Part shown: positions 44,201 through 57,333 of the stretch, piece by piece
Position numbering within the stretch: the stretch's first letter is position 1
How the letters are laid out: each line of letters starts with the position of its first letter
Notes under the pieces: generated by a model
The model's input: only the letters and a program-made list of their open reading frames with translations
Told to the model about the DNA's origin: nothing
Databases searched by the model: none
Translations under genes and position numbers: made by a program
Assembly (NCBI RefSeq): GCF_000150275.1
Contig: NW_002060946.1
Span: 6,300,597 to 6,364,596 of the forward strand
Length of the DNA stretch: 64,000 bases
DNA from: Trichoplax adhaerens
Lineage: Eukaryota; Animalia; Placozoa
Direction: 5' to 3'

Positions 44201-47200
44201 CAAGTGAAGTAGAACGAAATAACAGAAACAGCTTTGATTAAATGTATTCAGTCTTGCACTGTTCAGTTTATGGTTAATTAGCTAAGATTCGGATACATAT
44301 CCCCTTAAATGAGAGAATAGTAAGGTGCTAGGCTTTATCATAACACAAACTAGCTTTAGTGGTAAAATAGATCATAGCTATGATAATAGGTTAGGTTATT
44401 GATAGGTAATACTTAGGATCTAGTGATCTGTTTCGTTGCATACTTAGAGGTGTAATACTTAACTGAGCAGATAATGAGCAAAGATTAATAGCGAAGTGTG
44501 ACTATGGATCGATTCTTTTGCCTAAAGGATAATACTGTAGTTTCTAGTTAAGAGCAAAAGATATTTAGGTGCAAAGATTACTAGCGACGTTGACTATGGA
44601 TCGATTCTTATGCATAAAGGATAATACTATAGTTTCTAGTTAGGAGCACTGATGGCATTAGCTTATCGTCCTCAATAAATAAAATAGGAGATTCGACTAA
44701 TTGAGTTTAGTAACTACAATCTAGCTAGGAAGTTATAAATTGAAATTTACCGTAGATATTTAACTTTAGTCCGCAAGTACTTCGTGATAGACTCATTATA
44801 TTTTTCATCTGGAAGATCAGGAATTAGTAATAGTTAAAAGTAGTTGATGCATTAATTCAGTAATAAGTTATTGCCATGCATTTATCCCAAAATAGGGTCA
44901 GAAAATATTAAGAGCAGGCTATAATTATAGGCTGTTAGATAATCACTTGCTAGTGTAATTACTTATGCATTTAAGTTACTTTGATATCAAACGTCAAATG
45001 TCCCAAACTAGCATTCAGGATAACAATACAGCTTTAAAACTTTTACTAAACTTCACTTATATCACGTATTCTAGAAAATTGACGTGTTTTAATTTGTATT
45101 CATACAGCTGTTGAAGGCCTTAAAGCTGTCGAAATTGAAAAATGTAAGAAAGAAATTAATCAACTCCGCGAGATGATGTATGCAAGGAAGTAAGTCAAAC
45201 CTGATACCACTTATTACATTAATGCACTTAAATCCTAAGTTTAAATATATTATATAAATATTGGAATCGGTCCTATGTTGTGGTGGATTTACTGTAAGTA
45301 AGAGTAATAACATCTGCATCTCTATAATTGAAAGTATTGTTGCAGTAGTTTTATATTGTATCGAAGAGATTCATATGGTTACGGTCGTAGTATATTTTCT
45401 GTAACTAAAACTTTCATCTAAACTTGACTTTCTATCTCGCTTCCACATCTCATGCTCTCTCTCTTTCTCTCACCATCACGTTGTCTCTATCTGACCGTTG
45501 CAGATCTAGTTCTGTCGATTATCCATTACGGTAAATATAACTACGTCTCCCGTTACATTTTTAACGTTGAATCAACCACTTATTTATTTCAACTAATAAC
45601 GACTAGACTGCAATATCGTGTGTAAAATATTTATTATCCTGCGCTTAAAGTTACATTCTATAACATACATGCTAACTTATCTTTAACCTACAATCATAAA
45701 TTCTTACGTAAACAACCAACAAATTGACCTCTAACCTTCACAACATCGACGTAACATATATAACATGATCTAACAATTCGTTTATATAACTCTAACACGT
45801 AGATTATGTGTTGATTATTGTAAATAGTAAGGCGATAACAAATGTAAAGCATGCACAAAATAAATCTCTAACCTATGATATATAAAAATAACAATGTATA
45901 AGTATTAGCTATTTATTAAATGTAGTCATAATTAGTTATAGAATTACCAAAGCAATATTTAACTTCAAGTTAAGATTTTACTGATAATTTAAATTTTTTG
46001 TGCTTTAAAATACGTTCAAAACTTAAAATACTTGGTTATCTATAGTAAACTGATTAATTATGTTACTAATTGGTAAATGCTAATAATTGCTTTTAGGTTA
46101 TACTATTTCAGTATTGAAAAATAAAAATTAAAAAAACTAAATTGCATTACTAATTAATTATTTCTTGACCGTTATCTTTACAGAAAGTACAATTCGGAGC
46201 AGTACATCTATAATGAACCAGATAAAGTCAATATAAGTCGAAGTAAAATTCCACTTTATACCAAGGTAGGGTAACAAATCTTTTAAGGAAGATTTTGGCT
46301 GCTACTTAGTCGGAAGAATTTCTTGTTAATTAAATTTCATTTAGTATTACAATATCATCCCAATTATATATACGTAACATATATATTTTAAATAACATCT
46401 AATTACGTTATTTTTAGTATACACTTTCACAAGAAACAATCGATTATTTGAAGAAACCAACCTTTGATATCTGGCAATGGGAACCGAATGAGGTTGGTTA
46501 ATATTTAAGAAAATTTTCTCATCCCTTTTCTAATTCTGAATTGCAGAAGAATTCATGATTTAAAACTGAAAAAGCTATCAATGCGTTGATTTCTCTTCTT
46601 GTGGTATTTGCTCTTGAAATTGCAGATGTTGAGCTTATTGGAGCACATGTATCATGAATTGGATATAGTTCGTGATCTAAATATCAATCCCATAACTCTG
46701 AGACGTTGGCTAGTAAGTAGCTTAATTAAGATAAGCTACTGTCATTGCTTCAGTACTGTTTATAAGAAATATTTAAACCCTATCATTATATTTCATATCA
46801 TTATAACACCTAATTAATAATCATTGCGCTGTCTTTATCTAATATCTCGAAATCACTATCTTAGTTATGTGTGCAAGAGAATTATCGCAATAACCCGTTC
46901 CATAACTTTAGACACTGTTTCTGTGTAACGCAAATGGTAAGCCTGAGATATGTTGCTATCTATCTTAAAGTTGGTATTTTGTATTAATACTTTGAAATCA
47001 GTGCAGAAAGTATATCATAATGCCAATGAATGAAATACAATAATAAATGATCATCTCATTACTACACAAGCAGAGTTTTAGTGAGGCTTTTCAGGATGTT
47101 ATTATATTTTAATAACTATTTTCGATTCTTTACGTATGTAGATGTATGGGATGATTTATGCATGCCAGTTGGATAAACATTTAACCAAGGCTGAATTAGC

Positions 47201-49088
47201 AACATTGCTAACAAGTGCAGTTTGTCATGATTTGGATCATCCAGGCTATAATAATGCGTAAGTTTACGTGCATTGATAGAATTGTGCTCAAATATTGCTG
47301 CTCTGTAGTAATATCAAATGAGCATAGTTTTGCCAGAACTTATGTTCTATCAGTTCTATTTTCTACTTTACGCGTATACTCTGAGTAAATATAAGATTTT
47401 ATTAATCTGATGTATCAATTGTACTGAGGCCAAATATGGCATCGATGCAAATTAACTACCCGTATATAGTAGATAAGAAGTACCCCATGGTATCCCTTTA
47501 TCATAATTTTATCGAATTCATTTTCTGATTTGATGTTTCAATACTATGAAGGAGATAATAGAGCGCTACAAAATTTTGATTAAAGATAGTTTTTATCTGA
47601 TTTTATAGCTACCAAATTAATGCAAAAACTGAGCTTGCTATACGTTATAACGATATTTCACCTCTGGAGAACCACCATTGCGCAGTTTGCTTCAAGATTT
47701 TAAATAAGGTATTAGGATAAATTTCGACTGAAGAATATCAACAATCCTAAAGTACCACATGATAAATTGTTAATGGTAAACAAAATTATTTAATTTTGTA
47801 ATAGCCTGAATGTAACGTTTTTGCTAATACATCTGAAAGCGTGTATCGCGAAATCAGAAAGGTAAGAAATTATACAATAGTATCTTCGAAGTGATAGGCA
47901 GAATGGAATATGCCGAAATGTGTCTCAATTCATGATTCAATCATTATCGGTTTACTCAGGGTATTATTTCATTAATATTGGCTACCGATATGGCAAAGCA
48001 CGGCGAAATAACAGAGCAATTTAGGAGCACTGTTAATGATTTTGACGTCAACAACGAAAAACATCGAACTTGCGTATGTAAACAGATTCAGAATTATACG
48101 ATAGATGTAGTAAGAATTAATCTTACTAAATCTGGTGGCATGCAAATAATAATTGTCAATATTTAATATTTTAGATGGTTGATCTTAAGTGATCTCTACC
48201 TTGATACTGGTTCCTACTTTTATATTATCTAACTGAAATATTCATTTTTTCCATTACAGCTAAAAATGATACTCATTAAATGTTGCGATATCTCTAATGA
48301 AGTGCGACCAATGGAGATTTCTGATCCATGGGCAGACTGCTTACTAGAGGAATTCTTTCAGCAGGTAATTTTTACTAGAAACTACTAGACAATGCTTGCT
48401 GTACTGATGGTTTTTAAATTTCTAAATCACTATTGTGCTATCGGGCGATGCCCAATTTAGGGAGATCGTGAGAAGTCCGAAGGTTTGCCTGTAGCTCCTT
48501 TCATGGATCGTGAGAAAGTGACAAAATCTTCCACACAAATTGGATTCATAAAATACGTTTTAATTCCATTATTTGAATTATTTAGCGAGGTAATTTTTAT
48601 TTTGCTTAATAATATTAATATGGGCTAGTCCATTTGAACCCTAACATTTAGATGCAAATATGTAATAATCTATACTTAAGAATCAATATTATTCATATTC
48701 TTAACAAATAGGTATTTCCTAATGTTCGTGAGCTATTGGTTATTCCGTTGATGGATGCATTGGAACGATATGAAAAGCTGAAGCAAATTGAAGAAGTTGA
48801 CGCTAATAAAGCGAATAATGAAAAAAATGAAGAGGAAAGCAGCGAAAAATTAAGAGCAGAAAAAGATAAAGATAAAATCAATGATAGCCGAAGGGCATCG
48901 TAAGTTCTTGATATAAAATAATTATTTTCTGATATTAGGGTATCTTATGTTGCTATATTTTCTAAGTACACTGGTGTTAAATACTTTTTGAAACAGGCAA
49001 TGATAACTATAAATCTTTAATATTAGCCTGGTATTTATTGGATAAACGTTAAAAATTATTTTTTCATTTCAGGCAAAGTACAGTTTAA
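38231..49088 (+). CDS. PDE9A: cGMP-specific 3',5'-cyclic nucleotide phosphodiesterase, PDE9 family
   Basis: Exons 38231-38299, 39580-39650, 43393-43470, 43686-43784, 43898-43968, 45108-45189, [45504-45530 optional], 46184-46265, 46418-46492, 46626-46712, 46865-46936, 47142-47257, 47609-47708, 47805-47861, 47960-48073, 48260-48364, 48461-48589, 48712-48899, 49073-49088; all phases consistent. PDE9-type N-terminus MGSGASK..IYI, coiled coil [11 protein letters not shown]...[13 protein letters not shown]. Catalytic motifs [55 protein letters not shown]. Confidence 0.96.
44478..44650. repeat. Tandem ~94-bp duplication in PDE9 intron 5
   Basis: GCAAA.GATTA.TAGCGA...TGACTATGGATCGATTCTT..GC.TAAAGGATAATACT.TAGTTTCTAGTTA.GAGCA occurs twice. 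Confidence 0.9.
45504..45530 (+). CDS. Candidate 27-nt cassette microexon of PDE9 (adds SSSVDYPLR)
   Basis: TTGCAG|ATCTAGTTCTGTCGATTATCCATTACG|GTAAAT. Phase 2-2, matching the flanking exons, and stop-free. About 110-nt AG-free pyrimidine tract upstream. Confidence 0.6.
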
Positions 49089-52000
49089 TCAATTTTGGAA
49101 GTACGTATCACTTGTGATGTTGTTAGATGTTTAAAGAAAACGATGTCGCAGCAACATTTTAAAATCATAAGCTCTGAAAATTCACACGATTTCTACAATG
49201 ATAAAGAAACCACTTAGCGAAATCATATCCTAAAATATTAATTCTTTCTTCGTCTGACTTTTAATCATTGGGAAGTCAAGCGAAACTCAAGACATACAAG
49301 AACAATAAAAGATAATATAAAAAACTATCTTCCACCCTTAACTCCTTACCATACACTTTTATCTGACACAATTCAAGTTTCTATATACATGTAACACATA
49401 ATCTTCGTTAGGCCGATAGTTTAATATTTTTGCAATTTGCTATTTAAATATTTTAGCCTACGGAGTTTATTTGTATGTTAGACTGAGACACTAAATTATG
49501 TAGTTATATGTACCCGTTGAAAATTTCTCTATACAGGGCATGCTTAGGTAAACTAGAGAAGTCATTAATAGTCTTCCATGCGTTCATAAATGCAAAAAAG
49601 GCACGCCTAGGAGCATAATAAAATTTTCAAATAGCATCTTATTATGGCCACATGAATACAAACGCATCTTGCATAGAATAAATTATGTTGCTAGTCTGAT
49701 GTTATGACGGTATTGAACAAAAATTAAATGAGAAAATTCTTGATACAATATGTGAGGATGTTGCTTTATCTGGCTATTTCTTAAGTTGACATGCGAATAA
49801 TTATTAAAGTGAGAAATTGCTGTCAACTTATTCATATTTATATATTAGGATATTTAAATTAGATTTATCTTCTAGCTATGACTTTACGAATTAATGACAA
49901 TGCTACAAATATTACGCCTAACAATCTCCATTCTATTCAAACTAGATCTTTTAGATGTCATACAGTATCGTTAAGATAGTATTGGTCTTGCCATTACCAT
50001 TTATTTCTTGTCCTATACGTGCGTTAGCAGTTGCATATACTCAGTTACGAAGCAGTTGGATTATATTTGTCAAGAGGGAACGTAATGAATGATCACTATA
50101 TGGCTATCGAATAATGCTTATTAAATATGTGGAAAGTTAAATTACTATTTATTATATTCGATTTCCCTCGATTATAGTATAACAAAAATGTATTATTATT
50201 ACCCCTTTCTATCATCAATTTGCTATTTATGATATTTTGCTAAAGTCAAAAGATTGAATTCAATCAAAGACAAACTTTAATAGAATATCAGGCAAATTCA
50301 AAATGCTATTTATGTTGTAGAATGTTGTAAAGTTACTAATTTAACGGCTTGATAAGCTCGTTCGCTTATTGTAATCAATTAATTGCAAATTGATTAGCAT
50401 TAGTAACTAAATTTTATTTCTATAGCAAAACTCTTCTTATTCATTTTAAGAAATCTATAGTTTAAAATTCGCTATTACTATTAGTATCAATGCTTAATTG
50501 TTCTAGATTCTGAATTGTTTCTCCCTACAAGCCATAGAAATTTTTTATCATTTCGAATAACTGAAACTTGTATCAATTGTGATCATATTTGATCTTAATC
50601 TTTCTCTTTAGCAAATACATATGGAGACTGTTTTTCTAATTATGTTTATGGCCTTTCTGCAAGTTCAAAGTTATTGGCAATATAGAAATATATGAGTTAA
50701 ATCTATATTTTGTCTTGACAATTAACTCGAAAGTTGATATAATATGATTAAAATTATTTAATCATGATTGGAATACTCATGATATTGTTTCAACTAACTA
50801 ATGCTAGTCCGGCTGTATACATATACTTGATAAGGAAATTTCTTTCACCTAATAGCTAATGGCATTTGAGCCATTAGAAATAATTATAAAGTAGCATCAT
50901 CGCGATATTATTGATAGCAATAATTCATTACTGTTAATGACATAAAATTACCAATGTACCTTAGCGATTTCGATGCTTATAACTTATTATAAAATTTAAC
51001 TAATATACCCGTCAATCTTGATATCGACATGAATTATTGCTTTAATTATTATATATCTATTCAATTTTCAGGTCGATGTTATTTCATTTTCAATAGTTAA
51101 TAAATTCCATGATTAACGGGCATGCTGGTATTAGAGTTAGTTACAGGAATTTAAGATGAGCATTGCATGATTCTTTAAAAATTTGAAACTGAAGTCGCGA
51201 GAATTTACCAGAATATTATCGCTTCGTACTATTATAGTACCTTCAAAATCATAATTTAATATATCACCTAATTGGTTAATCGAATTCGGAGTTGGTTACG
51301 AACACCATTACAGAATCAAACTAGAGATATTTAATTAAGTAAAATTCTACTATTTTACATACTTATCAAGCTGTATAAAATTTAATTTGTGATTAGAGAT
51401 AGTTGAACTTTATCAAAAGACTAATTCTACGTATAGAGCATATGATTGACTACGCCATGTCAATATACCCAAAATAAGCAAAAGTGTATAGATATATAAC
51501 GTTGCTACCGAGATGGGCTGCTGTGACTCAGAATTAATGCCTCAAAATGAAAATAGAATGGTAAATTAAATTTGATTATTAAGAAATTATCTGCAGACGT
51601 CCTTTAAAGGAGTAGAATCGCTACAATTTTTAAACAGATACCGCAGAAAAATAGGTCACGAAAGATATAATATCAATAAGATTTCGCCGTTAAGGAAATT
51701 TGTTAAATATAAATATCCAAGTTGGCTAAAATAGATTTTTGTTGTAGATATTTCACTACTGTATACTATATAAGCGTTAGATATCGCGGTATTTATTCTT
51801 AATAGTAACCATCTATACAATTATTTTGTAGAATTTCAATGCAAGTAGCGCTCTGAGAAACTGTTTCAGCCTTTTCGAAGATCTGGGTACAAAGTTTTAT
51901 TGTTTAATTTAAAAATAGAACAAAGTATATACCCGTAGTAGAAAAGCGATAATAAATTATTTTGACTGTGTATTTTTAATCTTAGCGATATTTTATGAGA

Positions 52001-53379
52001 CCTACATAGCCATAAAAATCGAAAAAATCATAAATTCTATACCATACCTACAGTATATACTCGTATTGACCATGAACTAGAACATGAAGAGGTTTAGTAC
52101 TGGATCTTGTATACGACGTATCTTACTAACTTGAAGCTAAAATTAACTATCGTTATCAAGCTTAAGATGATTATTCTAGTAATTGTAGCTAGATTGAATT
52201 CAGTTTATTATTGTTAATGTTTGACTGCAAGGAAATTGTGCAATTCAACAAGTATATTTATTTTAGATGAATATTGGCCTTATGGTAACGATTGGCCGTA
52301 TAATTAGCAACAATTTCAGTAGCTTATTATTTAACATAGTTTATTATTATTAATTAATACAAGATCAAACTGGCAAGATCAAAATAACATTATACTCTTA
52401 AATAAAATGAGTTAATACAAAACATCAGCTGTTCTTAACATAAAATAAGACAGCAATCGTACATAGATTATATGAATCTCGCTTAATCTTAATTGAAATC
52501 TACAATTCAGTAGCAATAAAACATGATCAACCGCGAGCATGAATTTATATCAACATTATACGAAAGTGTAAAGCAGTGACAACCTTAGATGGAAAGTACA
52601 ACTTGTACATATATCTATATATGTAAATATATATTTATATTTATTTATGTAACAAAATTAATCATGTCCCGTAGTTACAATTATCAAGATGCATCAACAC
52701 GTCAAATAATAACGATTAATTAAAAGCCAATCATGATGAGATCATTATTAACATCGACATCATGTAGAATGATACAATAAAGTCTTTTGATAACTTGATG
52801 TACATACTTGATATATATAAGGACTACGATGAAACCTACTTAAATATGTACTGACATGTTACGAACAAGTTACGAAGCAAAGCCGGAAGGATAAATTTTT
52901 CAATATAAACTTTAATAATTTCTAAAACGGTGAATAAAGGTTATGAATTTGAGATTACATCAAACAAATAGTGAATCAATGCTACATACTCGTATAATAT
53001 TCGATAGATTTTATTACCTTTAGTGAGACGTATTGATAACTGCAGACAAATTTAAATTGTTGTGATAGATTACTTTATTTGTAAAACTGGTTTGACTAAA
53101 TATCATAATCTTTCTGACATTAACCAGTCATTATTAAAGGGCAGATTTGGTTATAACTATCTAATGCATTTTAAGATATTGCAGGGACAACAAACATTGA
53201 TACATTAATCTCCAATTAATGATTAATGGAAGAGAAGGAAGCATGACTTAGATGGATGTTTGATCACTATATCTCATTTGACATTTTACATTTTATGCTT
53301 GATTGATCTTCATATTTATAGTAAAATGGTATAAACATTAATATAGTTATAATAAATTTAGAATTAATAGAATTAGAGT

Positions 53380-53422
53380 TGAATGAATGGATGATTGAAT
53401 GAATAAATGAATAAATGGATAG
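53380..53422. repeat. Degenerate (TGAA)n / (TTCA)n microsatellite in the putative Robo 3' UTR
   Basis: GAATGAATGGATGATTGAATGAATAAATGAATAAATGGATAG. Confidence 0.6.
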
Positions 53423-54288
53423 TTATTAATAGCAATGATATATGATTTACTTTTAATAATATCATGTCATACAGCAGTATTAGCCAATAAATTTAGAGGA
53501 AATTAAGAAACCAAAAAGTCACTGAAATGGTATAATAATTTACCATATATTTTATAACTTCGACGGCTTGACAGTATCGTATTACTGATATACTAGGCTG
53601 AATGATATCTTCCGTGATAACAGTATTGTAAGCCGTAATAACTGCTTATGGCGAAATATAATTAATAGATTTAGCGACAAATAAGCAAAAATTTTCTTAT
53701 AATCTCAAAATCAGATTAAGATCATCCAAAAGAAAGAAGTAAAATTCTATAACTGGTTGTTTACCACGGTTAACATTACAGCTGATCTTTGACTTAATAG
53801 CAAAATGATATGCAAAAATAAGCAAAAAAATGCAGGAAAGTTATAATAGTATTTCTGATTCAATTTTTACGTTTACAATAAATGGAATTTAGAAACTACA
53901 ATAGATAATTATTGATATTATCTAATTATTTCTTATCCACAGTCACCCTTAACCGCGTCCAGATATCGCTATCATCATCATCAATTAAACAAGAATAACA
54001 ACCATAACCAACAATTAAATGGAAGAATTTTGCTTTTACATTATTTCACGATTTTCATCATAGACTTTGATGTCTACATCGTTAATCTCTGTCTTTATAG
54101 GTCACCGATTATTATAACCATTATCTTGGATAATTGGTTAATTAGGTTGACTTTATTGACGTAAATATTTTTAACCCTCTTGAATATGTGATTTTAAGGT
54201 CATATTTTAATTAGCAGCACCTCCGATTTCTTTTTTATCGATTAAAAGGTTGCAATTATTTTATTGAATTTATTCATTCCATTGCTCT

Positions 54289-57200
54289 TTACAAAGTAAA
54301 TTCGGTGATATTATTACGATCTTGATGTATTTTTGCTGATGCTACTTCATCGATATAATCGAAAGAGGGTGCTCTTCTATATAAAACAGACGCGATATCA
54401 TCTATTTCATCATGATGTTTATCTTCCATTGATTGAATATGCTGCGATCGAGAAATTTTAACTGGAGAAAATTGGTAGTCTTGATTACGAGAGCGATTGT
54501 CATTTAATATCTTTTCATCGTAAGAATGCTGTAATTGTGTAGATAGTTTACTTAAATGTGGATTAGTAGAACTATAGTCTTGATGTCGCTGCCTGTAACG
54601 CTTGTTTTTGGCGCCGTCAATAACTTCACTATTTAGCGTGTAATCATAACTGTAGCTTGCCGGATGCAAAGGGGGCGATGACGAGAGTGAAGAACTAGGG
54701 CTGCTATTCATTTTTACATGGGTAGGCTGCATTAATACTTTATAATCGCCATTAGGAAAACGGAATAAATTTTCATTATTTCTATTGTCTGCATAGACTG
54801 ATTTCAAATTTGGAAAATTATCTAAGTCATCAATAGGACATGGTGATGGAAGGTCTGTTAAGTCTTCATCAAAAAAGGACTTTGCTACCTCTTCATGATG
54901 ATAGGGATAATCTATAACCTCTTCCTCTTCTTCATTTTGGCTAGGTGCAAAATATCTCGATATATTATTCTCAACTTCAGGAAAGCCCCCTCGAGTTAGA
55001 CTGTCATTAGAATCATAGCGATGGCGTGGTGGTATAACAGGTGGTTCTTCATTTTGACTCTCGGTTTCGCTTTGTGCCTCACTTTCATCGGATATTTCCT
55101 AATAGAAATAGAATTTAATCATTATAGCATTAATAAAATTAGTTACTGTAATGAAATTAAAGATGTCAAGATTATGATACGTTGTCTAAAGAATAATTAG
55201 TAAAGCTTGATTCGATTTCAGTGCAAGGTACCTGAATATATGCATTCTTAGTAAATATTTATTAACAGGACTGATTTGTTTTGAGAAATTATAGCTATGA
55301 CTTGTTTGTGAAGACTATCGGGAAGTTCTCCTGGTTTTAAATAGATCTAGTATGCTGGACTAAAATTAATTATATTGCAATTATAATTGAGTGCCTATTA
55401 TGCATGGATCTTTAGATAAATTACGCTAATGAAATAACTAGATTGGAATATTGGAAAAGGAGTAATCCATGTGCAGATATTACAGATATAGTAAAAACAA
55501 GTACAATTTCTACATAGCCCTATTTTACTAAAGTGTAAATATTTTTAACCAGTGGCTACTTACCGGACGACATAGCGAAGATATGTCATACTCTTGGAAA
55601 TATTGATCGCTTGTAAAAGACTGATTTTGTTGATGTAAGGGATTTGTATATAAGCTAAGGCTATTTCTAATTTCATAGTTAGCATCCATGATTTCCATCA
55701 CAAATTGCTGTGATGAACTGCTACCATTTGATATTTGATCGCTATTGACATTACTTAGGCTGCTTTGGTGACCAAATGATGGACTATCGCTACCTTCATT
55801 AGATATATGAAGTGGGTGGTTCTTTAATTGCCTACTTCCAGTAGTAAAACTATTACTTAGATCAGGCATATGCAGCAATTGTACACCGGTAAATCTCGAA
55901 GAATTTTCTTTGGCCAAAGTTGGAGCGCTGCGGCAATTTTTAGATGATAACAGAAGTTGTTCAGTTTTACGTTTAGCTTTATTATCGTTAGGATCGATTC
56001 CTGGTAAATCTGGGCGCCGCGAATGTACTCGAATTAAACTTTCCGCAGTTGCATTAACATTATCTTGTGTACTCTCTTCCTGTTCTATTTCGTTTACTCC
56101 TGCGATATCATCATCCGAATGATATGATGGTGGTGGATCGTTATCCTTACCATCTGCCGTCGGTTGATTACCAGAACCTAGACTGGTGTAACCAGCATCA
56201 TCTTGACCTTCTTCGCCGAGTTGATGGCGTCTCCTGTTAGGAATTTGGCAAGCTGCTTCTGAGAATATTGATGTTGGATAGATAGTTTTCCTACTGGAAT
56301 GATGCCTATTGCTGTTAATGGCACTTTTGTTACGAGTAAGTACATCAGCTACGATATCTTCACCTCGAACACTACGATAATAATATTCGTCTAAGAGACT
56401 AGTCCGTACTTCTCGACGATCGCTTGTTAGAGTAGATTCACTTTGGATGCCAATACTGTCAACATGGCCTGTTGATCCTTGAGCTCGAATAGATATTCCC
56501 TCTACATCGACAGCAGCTTGAGATGTTGTATGGGCAGAAGCGTTGTCTCCTTGTGATATTTGATAACTACTAGCATTGTAGCTTTCACTGCTGATGCTGC
56601 TATCGCCATTATCGGTACTATTATAAGCCTGATGGTGACAGCGACAAGCGTTACTATCCGCTCCTAATTATTAAATAATTATTAAGAAGAATTAGTTTCT
56701 GCGGACTAGTTATTAACTACTATTTAGCCATTAGTGAAGTGAAGAAATGAATACGTAGTGAAAATGATAAGTTTTATGTAATAGAGCCTGTTTTTACAAC
56801 ACTGCTGGGATTGTTACAGGTATTAATTGGAATACTGTAGGAAAGAGTTTAAATAGTCGCTGAATTGCTATAGTAAGACAAAAGAAATTGACTCTCTGAA
56901 TCGTACATAATATATTGTATAGTATGTTATGTATTATTAGCAAGGCTGATTTGAGATAGTTTTACCTGTATTTTGAATATCCTGTGCTAATAAATCTGTA
57001 ACAGCAGCAACGGTAACCTTTTCTTTAGTAACAGATTTCTTGTTTTTGTTGCAAACACACCAACAACAGATCAGTATTGATGTTACAATCAGAACACCAC
57101 TAATAGCGCATACGATCATCAGCCAAGTAAAATTGGAAAGTATAAATCTCTGTCCTGAGGAGATAGTTGGCGAATCGGTTGTTCCACTACCCACTGTAAT

Positions 57201-57295
57201 AGATGGCATAACAAGTGCGAAGCCGAAGTTTAATAACGGGAATAAATTTACCTCAAATTATATTTAATTAATAAGGAACGGTAATTTTTATACGG

Positions 57296-57333
<38 letters not shown>

